A stretch of DNA of 64,000 nt, from positions 779,682 through 843,681 of the forward strand of contig JADKJE010000002.1 in assembly GCA_016722515.1 (NCBI GenBank). Reading direction: 5' to 3'. The notes under the pieces were generated by a model. The model was not told the origin of the DNA. It saw only the letters and a list, made by a program, of their open reading frames with translations, and made no database searches. The stretch comes from Alphaproteobacteria bacterium (lineage in GTDB: Bacteria; Pseudomonadota; Alphaproteobacteria; Rickettsiales; JADKJE01). The position numbers and the translations under genes were made by a program. Of this stretch, positions 52,980 through 62,598 are shown in pieces; the first letter of the stretch is position 1, and every line of letters begins with the position of its first letter.

Positions 52980-54732
52980 TCAAAATAACACCGCTAATAC
53001 AGCCAAACTCTCCCTTTACCTTACCTCGCTTTTGATGCGGTATAAGGTCTATATTTTCTCATTGGTGATCATAGCGATTGGTGCTGCAATATCGTTTATC
53101 TCCCTGAATTATAAGATTAAAGAAATTATCGATACCATCGCATTAAAAAACGGTGATAATGTTGGTGTATTATTAGCATTATTTGTGTTTTATAAACTAA
53201 TACGGCACGGATTATATTTTATTTCCAGGCTGCTCGATATTAAATATAAGCCGGTCATACTTGCTGAAGTGGTAAGCGATATGTATACGAAAACACTTGG
53301 GCATTCGCTCCATTGGTTTGATTCGCATTTATCGGGTGAGATATCGAGTAAAATAATTGATTTCCAGAACATCGTCATTACGATTATAACCATGTGTTTC
53401 CGCGCACTGATTAACCTGGCGGTGGTGGTAATCAGTATGATTTATCTTTTGCATATTAGCCCCGCGTCTGCCGCAGTAGTTGCTGTGTTTATCTTGGTTT
53501 ATACGCCTGTGGTATGCATTTTACTTAAAAAACAACTGCAACTTCAAGAACAATATACATCGGCAAGGCAGGAAACTGTCGGTATTATCAATGATTCAAT
53601 TGCCAATGTTTTTGGTATAAAAATTATTGGCAATCTGTGGTCAGAATTTAAGCTCAAACTAACACCCTCACTACTACGTTGGAGTGGCTGGGATAGGAAA
53701 ACCCGTATTTTTGATGCATGGTGGGTTGATAATGCCGACACAATCATGGGAACAATCATGAGTGCCGTACAAATTTACCTACTGGCATACCTGTATCAAA
53801 GCGGAAAAATAACGGCAGGTGGCTTTGCCTTCATTGCAATGACAACCTCCAGTATCCACAGCGAACTTGAGACATTTTTGGAAAGTTTATTGTTCAGCAT
53901 AATTCCAGGCATTGCTACCATGAAATCATCATTCGCATTTGTGAGTGCCGGTTATGATACTGCCGATAAGACGGATGCAAAAATCCTTTCTAATGTGAGA
54001 GGCAATATAGCATTTTCTAATATAAATTTTGCGTATAAAAAAAGTGGAAAGGATATATTTAATGGATTCCACTTGGAGATTCCTGCCGGACAACGCATAG
54101 GAATCGTCGGTAAATCAGGAGCAGGCAAAACCACCTTGATTAAATCTCTGCTTCGGTATTTTGATGTACAAGGTGGGCAAATTCTAGTTGATGGTCAAAA
54201 TATCGCTGAAGTCACCCAGGAATCGTTGCGTGCTAATATTTCGTTGATTCCGCAGGATATTACCATGTTCCACCGTAGCATCCTTGAAAACCTTCAACTG
54301 GCAAAGCATGATGCAAGTTTTGAAGAAATTGTCGAGGCATGTAAACATGCAAAAATTCATGACGACATTATGGGGATGGATAAAGGCTATGATTCAATTG
54401 TGGGGGAACGTGGTGTTAAGGTCAGCGGCGGTCAGAGGCAGCGTATTGCCATTGCCAGAGCAATATTAAAGAATGCGCCTATTTTGATTCTAGATGAGGC
54501 AACCAGTGCATTAGATACGCCAACCGAACAACTAATCCAGACATCTCTCAATGAACTGCTTGAAACAAGCAATGCCACAGTCATTGCTGTTGCCCATCGG
54601 CTTTCAACACTTAAGCACATGGATAGAATTATTGTGCTAGATAAGGGGAAAATTATGGAAGAAGGCAGCCATGATGTGTTGATAGCAAAAAACGGCTTAT
54701 ATAAGAAATTATGGGAAATGCAGGCGATATGA
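52972..54732 (+). CDS. ABC transporter, fused permease/ATP-binding protein (MsbA-like); paralog of the first gene in the window
   Basis: Six-TM N half; Walker A GKSGAGKTT, LSGGQRQR-type VSGGQRQR, ILILDEATSALD; 8-nt overlap with the Nudix gene. Confidence 0.9.
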   Translation: MNNQNNTANTAKLSLYLTSLLMRYKVYIFSLVIIAIGAAISFISLNYKIKEIIDTIALKNGDNVGVLLALFVFYKLIRHGLYFISRLLDIKYKPVILAEVVSDMYTKTLGHSLHWFDSHLSGEISSKIIDFQNIVITIITMCFRALINLAVVVISMIYLLHISPASAAVVAVFILVYTPVVCILLKKQLQLQEQYTSARQETVGIINDSIANVFGIKIIGNLWSEFKLKLTPSLLRWSGWDRKTRIFDAWWVDNADTIMGTIMSAVQIYLLAYLYQSGKITAGGFAFIAMTTSSIHSELETFLESLLFSIIPGIATMKSSFAFVSAGYDTADKTDAKILSNVRGNIAFSNINFAYKKSGKDIFNGFHLEIPAGQRIGIVGKSGAGKTTLIKSLLRYFDVQGGQILVDGQNIAEVTQESLRANISLIPQDITMFHRSILENLQLAKHDASFEEIVEACKHAKIHDDIMGMDKGYDSIVGERGVKVSGGQRQRIAIARAILKNAPILILDEATSALDTPTEQLIQTSLNELLETSNATVIAVAHRLSTLKHMDRIIVLDKGKIMEEGSHDVLIAKNGLYKKLWEMQAI

Positions 54733-54889
54733 GGTGTCGGTACAATTTTATTTGCATGCCCAAAGAAAATGGTCTGTAAGCAGTAACTTAGGTTTGAACT
54801 GTAAAAAATTTCTTTGCAGTTGTCTCCTAGGGCGTTTCGTCAATTATGCTTTTGCACATAAAATGGCTGCAAATTAGCTGAATAAGTGA

Positions 54890-55245
54890 GATTGTTTCTT
54901 AATATTGAAGGGAGGTTTTACCTATGGTGCGACAATTTTTAAGCGATTCAATCTGGGAACAACTTCAAAGGACAATGATCGTGCAGTTATGGAAGCCATT
55001 TTATGGAAGCTTCGTACAGGAGCTCCCTGGCGAGATGTTCCCGAGGAATTTTGTCCCTGGAAAACAGCCTATAATCGCTTTAACCGTTGGGCTTCGAAAG
55101 GGGTGTAGGAGAATTTTTTTTTGAGCTACGAGGTGAAATTGATACGGAGTGGGGTATTCGCCGACGGAAGTTATGTCAGTGCTCATCAGCATGCAAGTGG
55201 AGCTCGGGGTGGCGAAGAACAGGCCCAGTGTTTATTGGGGTAAGG
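54890..55245 (+). pseudogene. IS5-family (IS427-like) transposase 5' remnant with multiple frameshifts
   Basis: MVRQFLSDSIWEQL / NDRAVMEAILWKLRTGAPWRDVPEEFCPWKTAYNRFNRWASKGV / ENFFFELRGEIDTEW / ADGSYVSAHQHASGARGG spread over different frames; truncated. Confidence 0.75.
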
Positions 55246-55441
55246 ATACTTTTTATATCATCGCGGATTTAGGGGTGAAGAAAGCTACTGCGTCTATTCT
55301 TTATCAATCACTTCATTCCTCTTTCACCAGGATGCTCAGGACCCTTATTAATTCGGGGATGTGGGGGGTGTTTAGGGAGCAATGCTGCTGATTGAGATTC
55401 ATTCGATATGGTTTTATGAGTATAGGATTCTTTTAACAACT

Positions 55442-57685
55442 TTACTTTTTCGTTAGCATCTTTTTTAGATTCTTCTGCATAATTAAGGGAGTTTTGTTCT
55501 TACTATCCTTAGCATGAATCGCGTCTTTATTGATGGTTTGAAGTACTTCCTCTAACGTCTCCTTAGATCCTTTTTGAGCTATGAGATGGAGTGCGGTTAT
55601 TTCGTTTTTGTCTGCAAGTGCAGGATTTGCCCCTGCTTCCAGAAGAGGTTTTACCAAGCTAAAATTTGCAGTGGAACGCAAGGCCTGATGTAAAGGGGTT
55701 GATAGATCATCAGCCTGTTGGTTTATTTGTATTCCATCTTGTTTGAGAAGGTAATTCGCTACATCAAGTTTATTTTTATAGAGAGCACGGTCTAATGGAG
55801 TACGCCCTCTGAGATCATGCTGATTAATGTCTGCTTGTGCTGATACCAGCTTCTTGACTGCCTCAAGTTTACCGTAGAATGATGCCACATAGAGAGGTGT
55901 TATTCCTTTGGCGGTGGCATTAACGTCTGCTCCTGCAGTTACGAGCAGATCTATTATCGTTCCGGAATCGCTTTTGGCAGCAAAATGCAGAGGAGTATAG
56001 TCAGCCTCATCTTTGCCATTGAGGGGAACCTGTTGCTTTATACACTCCTCGACAAGCGTAACCATTTTATTCTTTACTGCATAATGCAGGGGGCTGTTAT
56101 TATCTTCCCAGCCTATATCCATGCTTGCATTATAAGATGTGAGGAGATTAACTATTTCTTTTTGCTCGTGAGCAGCTGCATAATATAAAGGAGTATGTCC
56201 TGTATTATCCAGTGCATTGAAATCTGCTTTATTTTCAATCAGTAAGGTTACCAAGTCTGCATGACCTTTCATGGCTGCTATATGGAGTGGTGTATGCCCT
56301 TTGCTGTCGGGGATGTTGGGATCGGCTCCTTTTTCCAGAAAAACCTGAGCAATATTGGTTTTTCCATGTTTTGCAAGCACATGCAGAGATGTTTGTTCTT
56401 TAGGGGCAAATTGCCTATCCAGATTACTGGGTAAATCGAGATATTCCTGTGTTTTTTCATCAAATTGGTTACGTATCGACCAATGAAGGGGAAATAACTT
56501 ATATTGCATGAGCGCCTCAGCAAAATTGGCTTTCCCATTATCGTGTGCGAAGGCAAATAAGGTTTTCCCGTTAAACTCCTTATCTGTAGAAGCGCCATAC
56601 CGCAACAGAGTATTAAAGAACATTAGATTGTCATGTCTGATGGCGTCATGTAACAGTGAGTCTCCTGATCTTGAGATATGATTTGGATTAGCTCCACGCT
56701 CAAGTAGCGAGTTGCAATCCTGTATGAAGCCGTTATCTGAAAAAATGGCAAGTAAAGAAGCATTATTCAAATTCACTTGATCTGGATGTCTACCTGTTTT
56801 ATCTAAAAAATCTATTAAAGGTCTTTTGCGAATGTAGCAGTGAAAAACATCTAAATTTGCCAGGTAGGTATGTGCTTCTGGGTCACTCACTTTTTTTTCG
56901 GCTAAGTAGTCCACGGATTGTTTGATTATATTTTCTTCTTGTGGTGTCGATACTGGAAGTTTTTTACACCAATCCAGATAGGTACTTGTTTGTGTGTTTT
57001 CTAAATATAATTTCACAGCATCTGCGGTAGCTAACGGGTGTTTATGGGGTGCACGCATGCTTATCGTTTGTTTGGAATGCCCAAGTAATAATGTGTGAGT
57101 CTCTGGAGTTGTTCTCCAATCTTCAGCAAAATTGGACAGGACGGTGCGTGAAGGATCCTGCGTTTTGATGGAATGGACAATTCCATCAATATTCCTTTGT
57201 GTAGAAGTAGGATATTCCTTACCGCCATGAATTATTAAGGCACAGTAATGCGGTAAACGTTCACCATCCAAAACAGACATGCCCCCATAACAGCTCTTGA
57301 GTGAAAGCTGCATACCGTTAAGGGGAGAGGCAGTAGGGGCATCTACGGCGCACTGAGCTAAGATATCAAATACCCCAAATGTCTGCATAAGCTTTTGTTC
57401 ATTCAACAGCTGTATAATATGTTTTTTATTTTGAACCGTACCATGCGCCATGAGATGTATTTGAGTACCAGGGCCAATGCGCCCTTTTAAAGATTTAAGT
57501 TCATTTTCACTTACATAATCTTTTCCATTTCCGATGATAAGATAGGAAAAACTATCAACCTCTGAGGTTTTATGGGTGCAGGCGGCCTGTATTGTTTCAG
57601 CTATTTTTTCCTCAGAAAAATCGGGCCCAATAATAAAAACCATGTCATAGAGGCCTGCGTCAGGCGTTGATTTTGTTGACTTCAT
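55442..57685 (-). CDS. ankyrin-repeat protein (747 aa) with an unknown N-terminal domain, effector candidate
   Basis: About 10 ANK repeats (GDSLLHDAI, GHTPLHIAA, GHTPLYYAA, NNSPLHYAV, DYTPLHFAA, GITPLYVAS, GRTPLDRAL, LSTPLHQAL, EITALHLIA); the N-terminal ~300 aa are non-ANK. Confidence 0.9.
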   Translation of the reverse strand: MKSTKSTPDAGLYDMVFIIGPDFSEEKIAETIQAACTHKTSEVDSFSYLIIGNGKDYVSENELKSLKGRIGPGTQIHLMAHGTVQNKKHIIQLLNEQKLMQTFGVFDILAQCAVDAPTASPLNGMQLSLKSCYGGMSVLDGERLPHYCALIIHGGKEYPTSTQRNIDGIVHSIKTQDPSRTVLSNFAEDWRTTPETHTLLLGHSKQTISMRAPHKHPLATADAVKLYLENTQTSTYLDWCKKLPVSTPQEENIIKQSVDYLAEKKVSDPEAHTYLANLDVFHCYIRKRPLIDFLDKTGRHPDQVNLNNASLLAIFSDNGFIQDCNSLLERGANPNHISRSGDSLLHDAIRHDNLMFFNTLLRYGASTDKEFNGKTLFAFAHDNGKANFAEALMQYKLFPLHWSIRNQFDEKTQEYLDLPSNLDRQFAPKEQTSLHVLAKHGKTNIAQVFLEKGADPNIPDSKGHTPLHIAAMKGHADLVTLLIENKADFNALDNTGHTPLYYAAAHEQKEIVNLLTSYNASMDIGWEDNNSPLHYAVKNKMVTLVEECIKQQVPLNGKDEADYTPLHFAAKSDSGTIIDLLVTAGADVNATAKGITPLYVASFYGKLEAVKKLVSAQADINQHDLRGRTPLDRALYKNKLDVANYLLKQDGIQINQQADDLSTPLHQALRSTANFSLVKPLLEAGANPALADKNEITALHLIAQKGSKETLEEVLQTINKDAIHAKDSKNKTPLIMQKNLKKMLTKK

Positions 57686-57756
57686 ATTTTAATTGTTGCA
57701 TATATTTATTTCTTAATTATTAATATTGGTTGTAATAGCTAGAGGAAAATCTATTT

Positions 57757-58554
57757 ATGCGTGAACAAATGCTTGAGAATTCTGAAGTTAATTGGTCCAA
57801 CACCCCTGTTGATGAAGAAGAATTACGTGAATTATGCGTGCAATTAAAGGCGCCTGAATGCTCAATTAAAGCGATTATCCTTGATAATTCAGCCTCTCCG
57901 ATTGGCGGAGCTGAACAAAATGGTATGGAATACCGCCTGCTTTTTAAAGCCTTGCAGGTTAATCGTTCAGTGACTTACCTGAGTCTTATAGGTAATCATA
58001 TGACGTCTGAAGCCATTACTACCTGTCTTGTGCCGATGCTGAAGGCAAATAGTACCCTGCAACAGCTGAACCTTCAGGACAATAAACTATATGGCAGCGA
58101 TCTGCTGGCAGTCACAGAAGCGCTGAGAACAAACCCTCAATCGGCCTTGTCAGTATTAATCCTAACCGCTAATCCAGTTGGGAAGATCCAGGGGTTTAAT
58201 CTTAAAATATCGGAAGCTACTTTTAATGGTATCACTCAAAACCTTGAGGCAAATAGCACCATCCAAGAGGTGAAGATTGATCGGGAATCCATGAGCGAAT
58301 CCCGGTTAAGGCAAGTTGAACGGGCAGCTAATAAAATCCACCATAAGCTTTATAATGCGATAAGCAGCTTAGATCGCCTCCTTGTTTTAAATCTGTTAAA
58401 GGACTATGGAAGCCAATTGCAGCCGCGTGATAAACAATATCAAGGTGCTGATGGAAGAGGGGATTCGTTATTTTCCAGGATTAATAATGATTCTGAATAT
58501 AAACAAGCGTTTAAAACCGCCCTCAGCCAAGCAAACATTCACTCCATCTCCTGA
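57757..58554 (+). CDS. leucine-rich-repeat protein (RNI/NLR-type repeats); 3' end abuts an IS30 fragment
   Basis: About 28-aa repeats: VTYLSLIGNHMTSEAITTCLVPMLKANSTLQQLNLQDNKLYGSDLLAVTEALRTN...LILTANPVG. Confidence 0.8.
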   Translation: MREQMLENSEVNWSNTPVDEEELRELCVQLKAPECSIKAIILDNSASPIGGAEQNGMEYRLLFKALQVNRSVTYLSLIGNHMTSEAITTCLVPMLKANSTLQQLNLQDNKLYGSDLLAVTEALRTNPQSALSVLILTANPVGKIQGFNLKISEATFNGITQNLEANSTIQEVKIDRESMSESRLRQVERAANKIHHKLYNAISSLDRLLVLNLLKDYGSQLQPRDKQYQGADGRGDSLFSRINNDSEYKQAFKTALSQANIHSIS

Positions 58555-58888
58555 TAACCAAAACACCTCAAAAAGCACGCAAGTCGTTGACTTTGGATAA
58601 TGGTGGTGAATTTACCCGTCACCAGTTATGGGGTAAAGCACTGGACATCAAAACCTTCTTCTGCGACCCATATGCATCATGGCAAAAGGGCAGCGTCGAG
58701 AATACCAATGGAAGACTGCGAAGAGACTTACCCAGAAAAACGAACATTCACACATACAACAAGGAGGATTTCAATGAAACCATTGATAACGATAACCTAA
58801 CACCACGCAAAAAACTCAATTGGATAACTCCTCATGAGGCATTCCTAAAAAAATGTCAGAGGTTTGCACTTCAAACGTGAATGTGGCG
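58555..58888 (+). mobile_element. IS30-family 3' fragment (C-terminal third of the transposase + right end)
   Basis: Matches 34856-35190; here the frame is intact (LDNGGEFTRHQLWGKALDIKTFFCDPYASWQKGSVENTNGRLRR...FALQT*). Confidence 0.85.
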
Positions 58889-59916
58889 GCTCACCCCAGG
58901 ACAAGGTTGAACCTTAATCAGATCCCTAAAGCTGATGGTGTTTTTACTCGCTAGCTCAACATACACCTCACTGGCTGCTTTTGCTTCTTCATTTGTAAAC
59001 TGTTTAATGTCGCTCAAGATATGTTTGACTTCCTTCTTACCATACTCAGGCACATCAACGCTCATCAGGCGGTGCGACAATGCGTTACTTTGCGCAGTGC
59101 GTCCTGCCATACTGATTGGATTTTGCGTACCAATAACGGTAAGCCTGGCGTATCTGGCATTTTTCCGTCTGGAGTCTTACCGTTGAGTAATGCATTCAGT
59201 AACGATTCCATCATCGAGGCACTGTTACATTCATCCATAACCACCACAGCTCCTTCATGGAAGGCTTTTAGTAGTAAGGTGCGTTTTTCGCTCGGCTGCA
59301 TACTCGCTGGTATCATGTAATAGTCTTGATCTTTGACTAAGCCCTTGGACTGCAACAAACCAATCACCATTTCGCTTTTGCCTACACCTGGTTTACCTTC
59401 CAGAATTACCCCCCCAAGACCCGCACAGCTTACTTGTCCTGGGTTGGCACGTTTGAAGGACCTAAGATTCACTATATCATTAAGCAAATACATCACTGGC
59501 CTACGAGATGAGGTCATGATGTAGTCATCGGGAAGACCTTTGATTTTCGCACGTGGTAGTCTTTGTTGTGGTTTATGCTCATCATTAAACTTTACACTTT
59601 GATTGCGCGGTACATGTTGATACGCTACCTGATATGCATAATGTGTCGCTGCTAGAATCGGATCTGCTTAATCCCCACGTCTTTTGCAATATGCCAAGGT
59701 CAGAAGAGCCATCTGCTGGATCTCACGTGGAGATAATAAAATCTCTGACTTTGAGTATCCAGGCACTCCATAGTTGAACTGCAACTTCTTATCAGCAATA
59801 CAGCGATTCCCCCTGGATGGTAAACTCGCTTCTTTAAATTTTACTATGTCCTTTAGGTGGCAATATATAACACCTAAGGGACATGAAACATACAGAAAGT
59901 GAGAATGATATCTCAA
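58889..59916 (-). pseudogene. decayed paralog of the double-AAA ATPase (C-terminal ~330 codons, frameshifted)
   Basis: SPREIQQMALLTLAYCK / LGGVILEGKPGVGKSE...AVVVMDECNSASMMESLLNALLNGKTPDG / MAGRTAQSNALSHRLMSVDVPEYGKKEV in three frames, collinear with residues ~420-720 of 27579-29783. Confidence 0.8.
59846..59884. promoter_or_regulatory. palindromic operator-like repeat 1 upstream of abiEi
   Basis: ATGTCCTTTAGGTGGCAATATATAACACCTAAGGGACAT (one mismatch in the 14-bp arms). Confidence 0.6.
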
Positions 59917-59951
59917 CTAGTAACGCTTGACCAATAGGCATTTATTTCCTA

Positions 59952-59994
59952 CTATGTCCTCTAGGTGTCAATAAATAACACCTAGAGGACATAG
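59952..59994. promoter_or_regulatory. palindromic operator-like repeat 2, abutting the abiEi start codon
   Basis: CTATGTCCTCTAGGTGT-CAATAAATA-ACACCTAGAGGACATAG, perfect 17-bp arms; ends 1 nt before ATG 59996. Confidence 0.65.
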
Positions 59995-59995
59995 T

Positions 59996-60799
59996 ATGTT
60001 TGAAGAATATCTGGATAACTTGCGCTCATCGGGAAAGCGGTATTTTACCTTTTCACAGGTAATTGCAGACCTTAGCACCTCGGTTAATAGCGCAAAATCG
60101 GGCTTATATCGATTGAAAACCGAAGGAAAACTCATTACCCCTGCTAAAGGGCTTTATGTAATAGTGCCGCCAGAACACCGGCCTCAAGGCTCTATTCCCG
60201 CTGAGGAACTGGCACCCATCCTGATGAAATATTTAAAAGCAGAGTACTATGTCTCCCTGCTTTCAGGAGCGGCATATTATGGAGCATCTCATCAAAAACC
60301 AGCACGTTTTCAAATCATTACCAACAAACGCATCAAGCATCCGTTGGAATTTGGGCAAATAAAATTAGAGATAATTTATAAGAAGTCCATGACCGGGCTT
60401 CCTATGCAAGATATCGTTGTGAACACTGGCTACTTAAAAATTGCAAGCCCTGAACTTATTGCCTTCGATCTTCTTACCTACCCAAGCCGTGTCGGGGGCT
60501 TAAGTCATATTGCCACTGTCTTATCCGAACTCATAGAGGCAATAGATGCCGATAAACTTATCAAACTGGCTATAATGGTAGGAGCAAAAGCCTGGTTACA
60601 ACGGCTTGGGTTCATTCTGGAAAAAATTGATTCGATGGATGAAGAAAAACGAGTTGGGCTTATAGCCAGCCTGCAAACATATCTCGATGGAAAAATGTCC
60701 GTATTTGTTCCTCTTGCTTCAGAGTTGCCGAAAACCGGCTATCCTCGCATAAGGAAATGGAAAATTATTGAGAATACCGATATTGAGGGGGATTTATGA
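59996..60799 (+). CDS. abiEi: type IV toxin-antitoxin system AbiEi-family antitoxin/transcriptional regulator
   Basis: 267 aa; N-terminal wHTH-like region; ATGA overlap with a DUF1814 nucleotidyltransferase gene; twin palindromes upstream. Confidence 0.7.
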   Translation: MFEEYLDNLRSSGKRYFTFSQVIADLSTSVNSAKSGLYRLKTEGKLITPAKGLYVIVPPEHRPQGSIPAEELAPILMKYLKAEYYVSLLSGAAYYGASHQKPARFQIITNKRIKHPLEFGQIKLEIIYKKSMTGLPMQDIVVNTGYLKIASPELIAFDLLTYPSRVGGLSHIATVLSELIEAIDADKLIKLAIMVGAKAWLQRLGFILEKIDSMDEEKRVGLIASLQTYLDGKMSVFVPLASELPKTGYPRIRKWKIIENTDIEGDL

Positions 60800-61581
60800 T
60801 TCCGGAAAGTTTTATAGAAAGCTGGCGCGCGGTTGCCAAATGGCAAACCCTTGGCATGGTTGAACAGGATCTGGTCATTAGCCGAGCACTTGTATGCTTG
60901 TATAATGATCCAACCATTAAAAATAGCCTTGTATTTCGTGGTGGTACGGCATTGAACAAGTTATTCCTGAAGCCACCGGAACGCTACAGTGAAGATATTG
61001 ATTTTGTTCAAAGACAGCCACAACCTATAGGTTCAACCATCGATACTATTCGCGAGATATTAACACCCTGGCTTGGGGAACCAAAAAGGAAAATTACAGA
61101 GCGTAGCGCAAAACTTGTGTACCAGTATCAAGCCATAGGTGGATTGCCGGCTAAATTAAAAATAGAGATTAATACGACAGAGCATTTTCAGGTGCTGCCC
61201 ATTAGGTTGGAACCATTACAGGTAGAATCGGAATGGTTTAAAGGCGATGCTTCCATTGTCACCTGCGAGCTTGAGGAACTGATCGCAACAAAACTCCGGG
61301 CACTCTATCAAAGACGCAAAGGGCGGGATCTGTTTGATTTGTGGCATGTTTTTAAGCGAGAGATGGTGGATATCGATGTGGTTATTGATATCTTTCAGCA
61401 ATACTGTGTCAATGATGGTATTACCATCTCCAAAGAATTATTTCACAAGAATATGGAGATGAAGCGTTTAAATAGAGATTTTCAAACCGATATGAACATC
61501 CTGCTGCCACATAACACGCACTGGCATTTTGATGAAGCATTTGATTTTGTTCAAAGCCGTATTATTAGCCAATTGCCCTAA
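60796..61581 (+). CDS. abiEii: AbiEii/AbiGii-family nucleotidyltransferase toxin (DUF1814)
   Basis: FRGGTALNKLF...RYSEDIDF nucleotidyltransferase motifs; KLRALYQRRKGRDLFDL. Confidence 0.8.
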   Translation: MIPESFIESWRAVAKWQTLGMVEQDLVISRALVCLYNDPTIKNSLVFRGGTALNKLFLKPPERYSEDIDFVQRQPQPIGSTIDTIREILTPWLGEPKRKITERSAKLVYQYQAIGGLPAKLKIEINTTEHFQVLPIRLEPLQVESEWFKGDASIVTCELEELIATKLRALYQRRKGRDLFDLWHVFKREMVDIDVVIDIFQQYCVNDGITISKELFHKNMEMKRLNRDFQTDMNILLPHNTHWHFDEAFDFVQSRIISQLP

Positions 61582-61615
61582 TGATTTCTCTAGACACGCT
61601 AAACGGTAAAATACT

Positions 61616-62032
61616 ATGAAACGAAAAAGACAATGGGTACGGGTTCCTCCCAAACCGGCTAAACAGAAAGTATCACCGGAATTCATGAGGATGGTAGATA
61701 AAGCAGTAACAACGTGTATTGAAACCACCCTTAAGCCCCGCTATTTTTCAGAAAAACCATTCGACGAAGCTCGCAGACTGGTGAATATTTATGCGAAATG
61801 GCACCAGCAGCATTTTGTACATTTTCTGGCTGAGTTCCATGATACCAGGCCGAACGTAATACAGGAACATTATAGCGATCCTTTTGCCCGTATGGCGTAT
61901 ATGGGTGATGAACGGTTTAACCTTGCGTATATGCGGCATACGGGACAATGGTGGGATAAATATCAGAATATTCCATTAAAGGATTGCCTTGATGCCATTA
62001 AAAACGATGATTTTTTCATGATCCATGTGTAA
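61616..62032 (+). CDS. hypothetical protein (138 aa), possibly DUF3024-like
   Basis: Clean ORF; FARMAYMGDERFNLAYMRHTGQWWDKY pattern recalled from DUF3024; low certainty. Confidence 0.4.
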   Translation: MKRKRQWVRVPPKPAKQKVSPEFMRMVDKAVTTCIETTLKPRYFSEKPFDEARRLVNIYAKWHQQHFVHFLAEFHDTRPNVIQEHYSDPFARMAYMGDERFNLAYMRHTGQWWDKYQNIPLKDCLDAIKNDDFFMIHV

Positions 62033-62044
62033 AAGGAGACTAAA

Positions 62045-62569
62045 GTGACAAACAAGCGTATCCCACAAGCAATGCAAGGCTATTATGATGCCATTACTAT
62101 ACTCACTGATACATTCTGCAAGGAACGGTTAAGCAACGAATATGCAGAACTTGTACGAAAGGCAACCGCAGCTTTATGCCGCAAGCGTCCATCGCCACTA
62201 CTTAGCGGAAAAACTGAATCATGGGCATGTGGTATTATCCAGGCCGTTGGATATGTAAACTGGATGTTTGATAAATCCAATCCATTTTATACAAACGCAC
62301 AAACGATACAGGAGTTTTTCGTTGTATCCAAAAGTACCGCCGGGCTTCGGGCAAAGACAGCAAGAGAAGCACTGGGTATGGATCATATACTTAATACAGA
62401 ATGGATGTTGCAGGCAACCCAGGATTCCAACCCTATGCTCTGGTTTGTAAAAGTCGACGGTTTTATTTGCGATATACGCACCTTACCCCGCGAGATTCAG
62501 GAACAGGCCTATGAAGATGGTATTATCCCTTACATTCCAGCAGATAAAGAGGAAGAAGTGGTGGGATAA
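62045..62569 (+). CDS. hypothetical protein (174 aa), possibly DUF6398-like
   Basis: Clean ORF, GTG start; ...LCRKRPSPLLSGKTESWACGIIQAVGYVNWMFD... ; family call from memory. Confidence 0.4.
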   Translation: MTNKRIPQAMQGYYDAITILTDTFCKERLSNEYAELVRKATAALCRKRPSPLLSGKTESWACGIIQAVGYVNWMFDKSNPFYTNAQTIQEFFVVSKSTAGLRAKTAREALGMDHILNTEWMLQATQDSNPMLWFVKVDGFICDIRTLPREIQEQAYEDGIIPYIPADKEEEVVG

Positions 62570-62598
62570 ACTACCGCTCCAACAATTTTACACATTCC

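Noticed and set aside
57686-57756. CTTAATTATTAATATT in the ankyrin/LRR divergent spacer, reminiscent of the Legionella PmrA box (tandem cTTAATatT)
   Set aside because: The two half-sites overlap instead of being separated by 2 nt. The sequence is expected by chance in about 80 percent AT DNA.
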